Origin: Candidatus Pantoea carbekii
Lineage (GTDB): Bacteria > Pseudomonadota > Gammaproteobacteria > Enterobacterales > Enterobacteriaceae
Length of the DNA stretch: 32,000 nt
Assembly: GCF_000971765.1 (NCBI RefSeq)
Contig: NZ_CP010907.1
Coordinates: 682,338-714,337, forward strand
Direction of reading: 5' to 3'
The translations under genes and the position numbers were made by a program. This document shows, piece after piece, positions 11,097 through 21,452 of the stretch; position 1 is the stretch's first letter; each line of letters begins with the position of its first letter. Under the pieces are notes generated by a model that searched no databases, was not told the DNA's origin, and saw only the letters and a program-made list of their open reading frames with translations.

Positions 11097-11564
11097 TTAA
11101 TCAGATAAATAGCTCATGTCGTCATATATTCAGGGCTAGGGATTATATCTTTTGCTTTTTATTACATACCATATAAACATCTTTTTAAATTAACTTTTTG
11201 AAAGTTATATCTTAAGAAATACTTTTTCATAATAAATGTGCAATTATGTATTAATTAGAGAAATTCAATAATATTAGTGTAAAGTACTTTATAAAAACAT
11301 GATTTAGTAATACGACAATTGTTATTTTATATAATAATCTAGAAACTACTGATTTTTTTATGCTATTCTTAAAAAGAGAATTATGATAGCGTATTTACAT
11401 AAAATAATTAAGTATACTATAGATACTCTAAAGAGAGAAAACCCTAATTAATAATATTTTAACTATTTAAAACATATGTATATTTTACTTAATCAAATTT
11501 AAACTAAATGAAACAGAAATAATAACGAAAATATTATTATCAAACTATAATTAATAGCATAGAA

Positions 11565-12305
11565 TTAATATTCATCACCTCTTATACGACTGCGATAACT
11601 TTCCCAATCAAAACGTACCCATAAACTATTTCCAAGACGCATACGATCCATTACACGCTCACCCAGCAATGCGTTCATACTCGAAGGATCAAGATTTGAA
11701 AGCATGCCTGTTGGACGTTTTGAAGAAGAACGACGATCAACAATCTGATTAATTATTACTTTTTCATAACGTGATTCACTTTGTATTCCAATTTCGTCTA
11801 TTACCAACAAATTAACATGGCTGAGATCATGTAGTAAACGTTGTTCTGTAACACTACTACTTCCATTAAAAGTACTTTTCATACTTGACATTAAATCAGC
11901 TACAGTAAGAATTACAACGCTCTTACCGCGTAAAATTAAATCATTACCTATTGCTGCTGAAAGATGATTCTTCCCAGTACCTGGTCTTCCAGTAAAAACA
12001 AAACTAGCTATACTGTTTTCAAATTTAGCTGCGTACTCTCGGGCTAGATTTAATGCTTTGCGTTGCCCATTATTTTCTACTCGATAGTTATCAAATGAAC
12101 AATTCATATACAATTCACGAATACCAGAACGACCCATAACACGTTGCATTTTCATAGCACGATTTTCGAGCAAAATTGCTTCAGAACGTAAGCGACCTTG
12201 TTCTTGATTCCAAGCTAACAATTCTTCACCGCTTTCAAATTTTGGTTTGATATTAGACGGTATAAGCTTCTTTAAACGACTAAATAGATCGTTTGGCGTT
12301 TTCAT
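11565..12305 (-). CDS. dnaC: DNA replication protein DnaC (DnaB helicase loader)
   Basis: The 246-aa ORF is collinear with E. coli DnaC (GEELLAW..EQG..RS....ENRAMKMQR...RSGIR, Walker A G.PGTGKNHL, VIDEIG.Q.ES.YEKVIINQIVDRRSSSKRPTGML.N, LGERVMDRMRLGNSLWV.F.W.SYRSR..G.EY). Confidence 0.95.
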   Translation of the reverse strand: MKTPNDLFSRLKKLIPSNIKPKFESGEELLAWNQEQGRLRSEAILLENRAMKMQRVMGRSGIRELYMNCSFDNYRVENNGQRKALNLAREYAAKFENSIASFVFTGRPGTGKNHLSAAIGNDLILRGKSVVILTVADLMSSMKSTFNGSSSVTEQRLLHDLSHVNLLVIDEIGIQSESRYEKVIINQIVDRRSSSKRPTGMLSNLDPSSMNALLGERVMDRMRLGNSLWVRFDWESYRSRIRGDEY

Positions 12306-12847
12306 TGTTCACCTCGGAAACCATCGGGAATATCGTAATGAGTACTTGCAAATTGACTAATAATTCGTCTTTGGTGTCTATTATTAGCAAAACGATTCAT
12401 TTGTATATTTCTTGCCAATTTTTATTACCATTGTACATGATGAAAAAAGCGTCCTTCATCTTGCGAATATGCGATAAAAGCGGCGATTTCATGCGCTGTT
12501 GGAGATTAACTTACGTTGTTATGCCCCATACTGACTTCTGCTTGACGTTAAAATCATCTTCTGGTTGCCAACCCTCATACATAGCAAACTTACCTCCTTG
12601 TGTAAGGACGAGATTATCATAAAAAACACATTTTCATCTAGCGAAACATTGTTAGGCTTCTTAGTTACTGTTTCTGATGCTAATAACAGTGCTAATTGTT
12701 GAAGTGTCATGTCAATACATAAAACGTTGGTTCATTATGCTGAAGAAGTGCTAATGTGCCATTATCAGCATTTAGAAAAGCGCTAGATGGATCGTTACAA
12801 AAACTATCTAGACCTACTAGCGTTGAAATTAACATTTTGACTAGCAT
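12302..12847 (-). pseudogene. dnaT: dnaT (primosomal protein DnaT) pseudogene with 3 frameshifts and several in-frame stops
   Basis: Four collinear minus-strand segments in different frames match recalled E. coli DnaT. (1) 12847..12710 reads MLVKMLISTLVGLDSF..NEPTFYVLT and ends at TGA 12709..12707. (2) The track ORF frame reads TLQQLALLLASETVTKKPNNVSLDENVF. (3) After the A6/T6 run at 12621..12626 it reads GGKFAMYEGWQPEDDFNVKQKSVWGITT and ends at TAA 12513..12511. (4) The last frame reads [49 protein letters not shown]. The stop overlaps the dnaC ATG as ATGA. Total length is 182 codons against about 180 in E. coli. Confidence 0.85.
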
Positions 12848-13321
12848 GAAACAACCCAACATTGATGAATATTATGAATTGGTGAAACTGATATTTTATT
12901 ATTTGACATTCAGTGTATCTGTTTTAGCACAGAATTACTAGAAAAGCATGATAGGATTTTCATGCAACATAGTATAATCTAGATACTTTCATATTTTCGA
13001 TCTTCTCAATTGACTATTAAAGGTAGATACATTCTACTTTATTACTTTAATAACTATATTAAACATTATAAAACAATAAAAAAACAAAGTTGACTACTAT
13101 CATTCAATCCAAGTATATCAAAAAATGCAAAATTTAAAAAAATTAAGACGTTATCTTAAATTTGTGTTATTAATAACATGTTTTCATATCAAGACACTCA
13201 ATATAATACATCTTTTTTTAACAAATGATATGAAGGACAATCTTCAACAAACCAATTAATAAGTCCATATGGTTGTTCAGAGTCAGTGAGTACAGAGCGC
13301 TTAATGTAAATTAAAAAATAA

Positions 13322-13744
13322 TTATTTAATTATTTCTATGCGACGTGGTTTTTCTTTTTTTGAAATAAAATGTTCTAAATCAATAATTAATAAACCATTT
13401 TCAAGACGTGCATCGCGTACGGTAATTTGTTCAGCCAGTTGAAATTTTTTCTCAAAATTATGTTCAGTAATACCTCGGTATAAATATCTACGATCTTTTT
13501 GTTTTGTAGAATCATGTACTCCACACACTACTAAAATATTGTTATGCAAAGTAATATCTAATTCCTCTTCTGCAAAACCTGCTACAGCAACCGTAATACG
13601 ATAATGGTTTTCGTCATCAGTTAATTCAATATTGTACAAAGGATACCCATCATTAGATTTGTCGTGATTAGATCTAACTATATTAAATGTATCATTAAAA
13701 TCTACAGAAGACCGATACGAGGGAGAGAGATTAAAATTATGCAT
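13322..13744 (-). CDS. ibpA: small heat shock protein IbpA
   Basis: The ORF matches E. coli IbpA (M.NF.LSP.YRS..., [22 protein letters not shown]......[39 protein letters not shown]). The track ORF starts at 13786. AGGAG at 13756..13752 supports the ATG at 13744 (7-nt spacer, aligns with the E. coli Met1) or at 13747. Confidence 0.9.
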   Translation of the reverse strand: MHNFNLSPSYRSSVDFNDTFNIVRSNHDKSNDGYPLYNIELTDDENHYRITVAVAGFAEEELDITLHNNILVVCGVHDSTKQKDRRYLYRGITEHNFEKKFQLAEQITVRDARLENGLLIIDLEHFISKKEKPRRIEIIK

Positions 13745-13747
13745 CAT

Positions 13748-13773
13748 AAAACTCCTGATAATCAATAAGCTTT
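13748..13773 (-). promoter_or_regulatory. putative SD-occluding hairpin in the ibpA leader (RNA-thermometer-like)
   Basis: The RNA AAAGCUUAUUGA-UUA-UCAGGAGUUUU folds by hand into 11 pairs (6 A-U, 3 G.U, 2 G-C, one bulged A). The stem covers the whole AGGAG and ends at the AUG. E. coli ibpA is known to carry a 5' UTR thermometer. No energy was computed. Confidence 0.3.
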
Positions 13774-13849
13774 GGTAACTTTCCATTATTAAATTATTGA
13801 TACAAGGTATCTAATTGATCATGGCGACTAAAACATGTTCGCATTCCAA

Positions 13850-13876
13850 ATATAAGGATTTGAAATTAGTTTTCAA
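13850..13876 (-). promoter_or_regulatory. sigma-32 (heat shock) type promoter of ibpA
   Basis: The minus strand reads gTTGAAA-13 nt-CCTTATAT, against the sigma-32 consensus CTTGAAA-(13-15)-CCCCATNT. It would give a leader of roughly 95 nt, similar to E. coli ibpA. Confidence 0.45.
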
Positions 13877-14140
13877 CTCACGCAATACATATTTTAAAAA
13901 TTTCACGTAAACTATTTAATTTAAAATTTATAATCTGAAAATAGATCGAAAATATTATATAAATAAGAATTATTAAATATATATTAAATTAATTAATTAA
14001 ATTATAACACATGTGTTTTTGGAGGTCGTTTGATTTACAACATCATATAATATAAAATTATATGAAAGAAAATAAATAGTTTGCTATAAAATACATAACT
14101 AACAAAGGCATTTTTTAATCGCGAGTAAAATCTTGACAGT

Positions 14141-16549
<2,409 letters not shown>

Positions 16550-16904
16550 CTAATTTTCTCACTCATGTCATTGTTAGTTAAGATTTAAATTTTTGATTTA
16601 GAATAGATTTTATCGATACAATAATAAATTATATTTTTAATTCTCATATTAATCATACTTTACTATCTTATTACTTTAAAAACCAGTGCAATTGAGACTA
16701 TATGGTTTTTTTTAAGATGATTCAGTCGATTAATATGCGACTGTAATCTACATTTGAATTCTATTAAGATGCTGGAAATACAAATTTTACAATTATATCC
16801 TGTGGATACAAAATTTTAATTTAACTAAATAAAATTTTAAATTGTGTTAACTGCTTGTTTTAAATAAAACCATTAGCTTTATTGCAGACTATTGAATACT
16901 TGTA

Positions 16905-16932
16905 TTTAAGTACCATGGTCATGGTACTTAAA
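16905..16932. repeat. perfect 13-bp inverted repeat with a 2-nt spacer
   Basis: TTTAAGTACCATG-GT-CATGGTACTTAAA also contains the tandem CATGGT CATGGT. It is the most GC-containing symmetric element in the recF-relic spacer and lies about 355 bp upstream of the gyrB start. Confidence 0.7.
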
Positions 16933-17325
16933 GTTCTTTAATGCAGAAAGCTAATATAAATATTTTTGCGAGAATAAAATTTAAACGTTAATTGTTATTT
17001 TACTCAAAACTAATTTAAATAGCAATTTTTTTCAATTTAATTATTTAGCGTATAACATAGTTACATATTATTAATTTACTTCAGTTTATTCAAAGTAAAA
17101 ATCATTAATTCTAGTATTACACAAGAGATTAAAACATAGTGAGCAAGCGTATTTCTGCTAAATTTATTAGTATATTTACTATGCAATTAAATTTTATGAA
17201 ATCAATATAAAAATCTGCCTGCATTGTAAAAATAATAATCAATTTGGATGTTCCAGCATTAATGATTATTAAATATTTCAAAGCAATTATTTACAATCTC
17301 GAATTTACTAATTTCAAAATAATTA

Positions 17326-17361
17326 AATTATTTGATAATAACTAATTATTTGATAATAACT
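17326..17361. repeat. perfect 18-bp tandem duplication (2 copies)
   Basis: AATTATTTGATAATAACT occurs at 17326..17343 and again at 17344..17361. An overlapping 8-bp inverted repeat AATAACTA-TAAT-TAGTTATT lies at 17355..17374. Confidence 0.85.
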
Positions 17362-17629
17362 ATAATTAGTTATTACTTATTATATTAAATATCAATTTTT
17401 ATCATCTTGTAAAATCTAATGGTTCTTAAATGTTTTGATAATTACATTTATTCATTATAAATTCTGACACACTGTCAATACTTAAAGCATAAAAATAAAT
17501 TCACTATATCAACTGATTACTTATCTAATTTTAAAAAATGTATTACATAGCACAAGCATGTATAATGCAGAATTAACTAAAACTGATATATCAAAATAAT
17601 ATATTTAGTTATACTAAAATTAATACGTT

Positions 17630-18730
17630 CTATAATCTCATTGGCATAATAACGTAAGTCGAAACTGGGTTAATAGCATCTTCTATTTGCATGCTTGAAG
17701 CAGAATCAGTTAGCGATAAACGTACAGTTTTACATTTTAATGTATTTAATACATCTAGTAAATAATTAATATTAAACGAAATTTCTAATTCTTCTCCTAC
17801 ATAATGAATATCTAATATTTCTTCTGCTTTTTCGTGTTCTAAATTATTAGCAGTAATTTTAAGCTGATTTTTAATTATATGAATATTTACACTGCGAAAT
17901 TTTTCATTTGATAAAATTGATACTCGAGTAAATGCTTTTTTCAATAATTCACAGTTTATTTCTAATATTTTATCTGCATTGTTCAATAATACATGACGAT
18001 AGTCAGGAAAGGACCCATCGACTAATTTACATGTAAAGATAAACTCATCGATACAAGCGCGTATTTTACTACTACCAATCTGTATTTGCAACGTTTTTTC
18101 ACTGCTATTAAGTAAGCGTACTAGTTCAATCACACCTTTACGTGGTATTATTACAGAATGTTTTTTTAATACCTGCGAAATCTGCTGTGAACAAATGGCT
18201 AAACGGTGTCCATCGGTCGCTACAGTACGCAACTCATTATTATTAGTTTCAAACATTATACCATTTAGAAAGTAACGTACATCCTGATTTGCCATAGAAA
18301 AAGATGTATCTTCAATAAGACGCTTTAACGTTGCCTGGGAAAGATTAAAATCTATTTTAATTTCCCAATTTTCTATATTAGGAAAGTCACTAGCAGGTAA
18401 TGTAGAAAGTGAAAAACGGCTACGGTAAGAATAAATTATTATACGATCACCTTTTAAAGTTAGATTAATTTGTGATGCTTCAGGTAGATTACGGCAAATG
18501 TCAAGAAATTTGCGAGAAGATACCGTAATAGCTCCTGGATGATACTCTTGGGTTAATACGATACGTGCAACCATTTCTGTTTCTAAATTAGTGCCAGTTA
18601 ATAATAGTATGCCTTCATTTACCTGAAGCAATATATTGCCAAGGATTGGCAAAATTTGACGTTTGCTAATTAAACTATTAACTTGTTGCAAAGGTCTTAA
18701 TAATTTTTCGCGCTGTATAATAAATTTCAT
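17630..18730 (-). CDS. dnaN: DNA polymerase III beta sliding clamp
   Basis: The 366-aa ORF has the same length as E. coli DnaN, with MKF...RE.LL.PLQQV, ATDGHRLA and a C-terminal MPMRL. It starts 5 nt after the dnaA stop. Confidence 0.97.
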   Translation of the reverse strand: MKFIIQREKLLRPLQQVNSLISKRQILPILGNILLQVNEGILLLTGTNLETEMVARIVLTQEYHPGAITVSSRKFLDICRNLPEASQINLTLKGDRIIIYSYRSRFSLSTLPASDFPNIENWEIKIDFNLSQATLKRLIEDTSFSMANQDVRYFLNGIMFETNNNELRTVATDGHRLAICSQQISQVLKKHSVIIPRKGVIELVRLLNSSEKTLQIQIGSSKIRACIDEFIFTCKLVDGSFPDYRHVLLNNADKILEINCELLKKAFTRVSILSNEKFRSVNIHIIKNQLKITANNLEHEKAEEILDIHYVGEELEISFNINYLLDVLNTLKCKTVRLSLTDSASSMQIEDAINPVSTYVIMPMRL

Positions 18731-18735
18731 GGAAA

Positions 18736-20148
18736 TTATGAAGATAAAGTCTGAATAAGATTAGAAAAATCTTTTTTTATATCATTTGTTTCTTCTCGTA
18801 ACTGCTCAATTTTTCGACAAGCATGCAATACAGTAGTATGATCGCGACCACCAAACGCATGACCAATTTCTGTAAAACTATGATTAGTAAGTTTTTTAGC
18901 CATTACCATAGCCATTTGACGTGGACGTACTACAGATCGCGAACGCTGTTTTGATAATAAATCACATACTTTAATTTTATAATATGCAGCTACTGTCTTC
19001 TGGATGTTATCGATAGTAACTAATTTTTCTTGTAAAACTAATAAATCACGCAAAGCTTCTCGTACTAAGTCGATAGTAATAGCACGACTGCTAAAATTAG
19101 CATTAGCAATGACACGATTTAGTGCACCTTCTAGTTCGCGAACATTAGAACGCAATTGTTTAGCAATAAAAAAAGCTACTTCACATGGTAAGGCGATGTG
19201 ATTTTCATGCGCTTTTTTCATTAATATTGCTACGCGTGTTTCTAATTCTGGTGGTTCAATAGCAACTGTCAATCCCCAACCAAAACGTGATTTAAGACGA
19301 TCTTCTACACCGTGAATTTCTTTAGGATAACGATCAGAAGTCAAGATAATTTGTTGATGACCTTCAAACAATGCATTAAAAGTATGAAAAAATTCTTCCT
19401 GTGAACGTTCTTTGTTAGCAAAGAATTGAATATCATCGATAAGTAATGCATCTACAGAACGATAATAATACTTGAATTGTTCTATTGCATTGTTTTGAAG
19501 AGCTTTTACCATATTCTGAACAAAACGTTCAGAATGCATATAAACTACTCTTGCATTTGATTTGCATATAATAATACAGTTAAATACTGCGTGTAGCAAA
19601 TGAGTTTTACCGAGACCAGTGGCACCATAAAGAAACAACGGATTATAAGCTCTACCCGGATTATTTGCTACTTGACGTGCTGCTGCCCGTGCTAATTGAT
19701 TAGATTTACCTTCTATAAAATTATCAAAATTGTGACGATTATTAACATGATCACAATAAGTAACGTCTGCATGGGCTGGCATGGCATTCCAATTTGAGCG
19801 TTCCATGGATGTTTTTGCCCAACTATTTTCTAGAAATGTAGAGCTATGGCTAATGTTCTTGAATTTTTCCATTTCGATTTGAGTTTTAGTAGCTTGTTTT
19901 ATTGAAAACGTGCCTACTTCAAAATGCAGTGATGGAATATTTGAACCACAAAATTTGTTTAATACACTATTAATATTATTAAGATATTTTTCTCGTACCC
20001 AGTCGAGTACAAACCGATTGGGTGCATAGAAAGCTAATGTATTGTCCTTGAAGTTAACCCGTAACGGCCGAATCCACATGCTGAATTCAGTAGCAGGAAG
20101 TTCATCCTGTAAATACGCAAGACAATGTTGCCAAAACTTAGGTGACAC
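18736..20148 (-). CDS. dnaA: chromosomal replication initiator DnaA
   Basis: The ORF is collinear with E. coli DnaA ([58 protein letters not shown]-terminal [31 protein letters not shown]). The track ORF uses TTG at 20190. I prefer GTG at 20148 because it is homologous to the E. coli GTG start (GTG TCA C.T) and GGAG sits 6 nt upstream. The ATG at 20160 is the alternative. Confidence 0.94.
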   Translation of the reverse strand: MSPKFWQHCLAYLQDELPATEFSMWIRPLRVNFKDNTLAFYAPNRFVLDWVREKYLNNINSVLNKFCGSNIPSLHFEVGTFSIKQATKTQIEMEKFKNISHSSTFLENSWAKTSMERSNWNAMPAHADVTYCDHVNNRHNFDNFIEGKSNQLARAAARQVANNPGRAYNPLFLYGATGLGKTHLLHAVFNCIIICKSNARVVYMHSERFVQNMVKALQNNAIEQFKYYYRSVDALLIDDIQFFANKERSQEEFFHTFNALFEGHQQIILTSDRYPKEIHGVEDRLKSRFGWGLTVAIEPPELETRVAILMKKAHENHIALPCEVAFFIAKQLRSNVRELEGALNRVIANANFSSRAITIDLVREALRDLLVLQEKLVTIDNIQKTVAAYYKIKVCDLLSKQRSRSVVRPRQMAMVMAKKLTNHSFTEIGHAFGGRDHTTVLHACRKIEQLREETNDIKKDFSNLIQTLSS

Positions 20149-20529
20149 GGCGGACTCCATTTGTACAAAATCGACAAGAATTGTTAGCAATAATAAAAAA
20201 TACTTTTAATAAATGTATTTAAAAAAAATTGCAAACATGTTTTCATAATATCAACCTTATCGATAATAGGAAATTGTTCAAGATAGGAAGAACAATCATC
20301 CAATCAAAGACACAGAGTTCTTAATTTAACCTAATATACTATTATATTCATATGATATTAAAGATGCCATCAAGTTTCTATCTTTCGAATGATTCAGCTG
20401 CAATAAATTTTAAAATACTGTAATATTGTTTTTGCCTTTTACCATTTATTCTTCATATAATTTTTTCTTTGTAATTATTTTAATGTCTTATAGTATCACA
20501 CTCACTAATCTAACATTAGCTAGCTGTAC

Positions 20530-20568
20530 TTAGAATGTGCTATCTAATACGATGAGATAGTATTCTAA
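20530..20568. repeat. bipartite imperfect inverted repeat or stem-loop just upstream of the rpmH promoter
   Basis: TTAGAAT-GTG-CTATCT-(9 nt)-AGATAG-T-ATTCTAA has 7-bp and 6-bp arms. It ends 12 nt before the -35 hexamer at 20581. Confidence 0.5.
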
Positions 20569-20580
20569 ATATGGAGTTAA

Positions 20581-20609
20581 TTGACTCTGGAATTTATAAT
20601 TATTACAAT
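20581..20609 (+). promoter_or_regulatory. near-consensus sigma-70 promoter for rpmH-rnpA
   Basis: TTGACT-17 nt-TACAAT matches 5/6 in each hexamer with optimal spacing. It lies about 110 nt upstream of the rpmH ATG. A small hairpin (AACTTACTT-AA-AAGTAGGTT, 20621..20640) lies in the predicted leader. Confidence 0.5.
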
Positions 20610-20720
20610 TTCGTTTTCTAACTTACTTAAAAGTAGGTTGAGTACTTAATCATTTTATTTGTAGAATATGTACATTATCTTAATAAAACTTCAAATATAA
20701 TTATAGAAAGGTCAATATAT

Positions 20721-20867
20721 ATGAAACGTACTTTTCAACCGTCTATTTTAAAGCGTATGCGTTCTCATGGTTTTCGTGCCCGTATGGCTACTAAACATGG
20801 ACGTCAGATTATATCACGTCGCCGTGCTAAAGGTAGAAGACGTTTAACGGTATCTTCTAAAAATTAA
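20721..20867 (+). CDS. rpmH: 50S ribosomal protein L34
   Basis: This gene is not in the ORF track because it is too short. Hand translation gives [48 protein letters not shown], against E. coli [46 protein letters not shown]. It ends 4 nt before rnpA. Confidence 0.95.
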   Translation: MKRTFQPSILKRMRSHGFRARMATKHGRQIISRRRAKGRRRLTVSSKN

Positions 20868-20871
20868 AATA

Positions 20872-21231
20872 ATGAATACGTTTAAGTTTCCAAGAGCATT
20901 ACGTTTGTTAACTTCTGCTCATTTTAGATATGTCTTCCAATATCCGCAACGAGCTAGAAAGAATAATATTACTATACTTAGTCGATGTAATTCGTTAAAA
21001 TATCCACGAGTTGGTTTAACAGTCGCCAAAAAATATGTAAAAACAGCGCATGAACGCAATCGAATTAAGCGATTAATACGTGAAAGCTTTCGAAAACACC
21101 AACACATATTACCTGAAATGGATTTTGTTGTCGTAGCGAAACAAGGAATTGCTAACCTCGATAATAGCACACTTAATAAAATATTAGAGACATTATGGCT
21201 TCATCACTGTCTATTGGCACGCGCTTTCTAA
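20872..21231 (+). CDS. rnpA: RNase P protein component
   Basis: The 119-aa ORF has the same length as E. coli RnpA, with FPR.LRLLT...[33 protein letters not shown] and [13 protein letters not shown]. Confidence 0.95.
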   Translation: MNTFKFPRALRLLTSAHFRYVFQYPQRARKNNITILSRCNSLKYPRVGLTVAKKYVKTAHERNRIKRLIRESFRKHQHILPEMDFVVVAKQGIANLDNSTLNKILETLWLHHCLLARAF

Positions 21232-21452
21232 TTACACTGATATATCTGTATCAGTGTATTATTAGTCCGTTGCTGGGCCCTCACTGCCGCTTTTATCCTA
21301 CTTGTTCACAGTATGCAATAGAAGCTTTATACCGTTTTGGTATAGCAAAAGGCGCTTGGCTAACAATTAAACGCATATTTAAATGCCATCCTTTTAATGC
21401 AGGTGGAGAAGATTTTGTTCCACTAAAAAACCTTAATATAAGAGAACATTAA
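21195..21452 (+). CDS. yidD: membrane protein insertion efficiency factor YidD
   Basis: The 85-aa ORF matches E. coli YidD ([36 protein letters not shown]...GG.D.VP, ending REH). It overlaps the rnpA 3' end by 37 nt. Confidence 0.9.
   Translation: MASSLSIGTRFLITLIYLYQCIISPLLGPHCRFYPTCSQYAIEALYRFGIAKGAWLTIKRIFKCHPFNAGGEDFVPLKNLNIREH

Larger units (their letters stand above)
16550..17629 (-). pseudogene. recF: eroded recF slot (heavily decayed relic with no ORF)
   Basis: This is a 1,080-bp ORF-free AT-rich spacer exactly where the dnaA-dnaN-recF-gyrB operon has recF (about 1.07 kb in E. coli). Directly after dnaN, one minus frame (17615..17475) reads SITKYIILIYQF*LILHYTCLCYVIHFLKLDK*SVDIVNLFLCFKY*. 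It aligns loosely with RecF [48 protein letters not shown], with the Walker A core missing. The similarity is weak and AT-bias inflates chance matches. Confidence 0.45.

Noticed and set aside
12293-12941. Three track ORFs: 12293-12622 (+), 12519-12710 (-) and 12756-12941 (+).
   Set aside because: The minus-strand ORF is simply one frame segment of the broken dnaT. The two plus-strand ORFs are antisense to the dnaT pseudogene. None is an independent gene.
13196-13302. A slightly GC-richer patch just downstream of ibpA, considered as an ibpB relic or a thioredoxin-fold relic (peptides KRSVLTDSEQPYGLY* and INWFVEDCPSYHLLKKDVLY* in two different minus frames).
   Set aside because: My first reading as one 34-aa peptide came from a transcription slip. 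On recount the two pieces are in different frames, and the resemblance to IbpB (PPYNIEKSDDNHY) or to CxxC proteins is too weak to support. It needs blastx.
16801-16809. DnaA-box-like 9-mers: TGTGGATAC at 16801-16809 (8/9) and TTATCCAAA at 7331-7339 (8/9). I considered a relocated oriC.
   Set aside because: They are isolated single sites with no cluster of boxes, no adjacent AT-rich 13-mer array and no GATC clustering. The enterobacterial oriC is expected beyond the atp operon near mnmG, outside this window.
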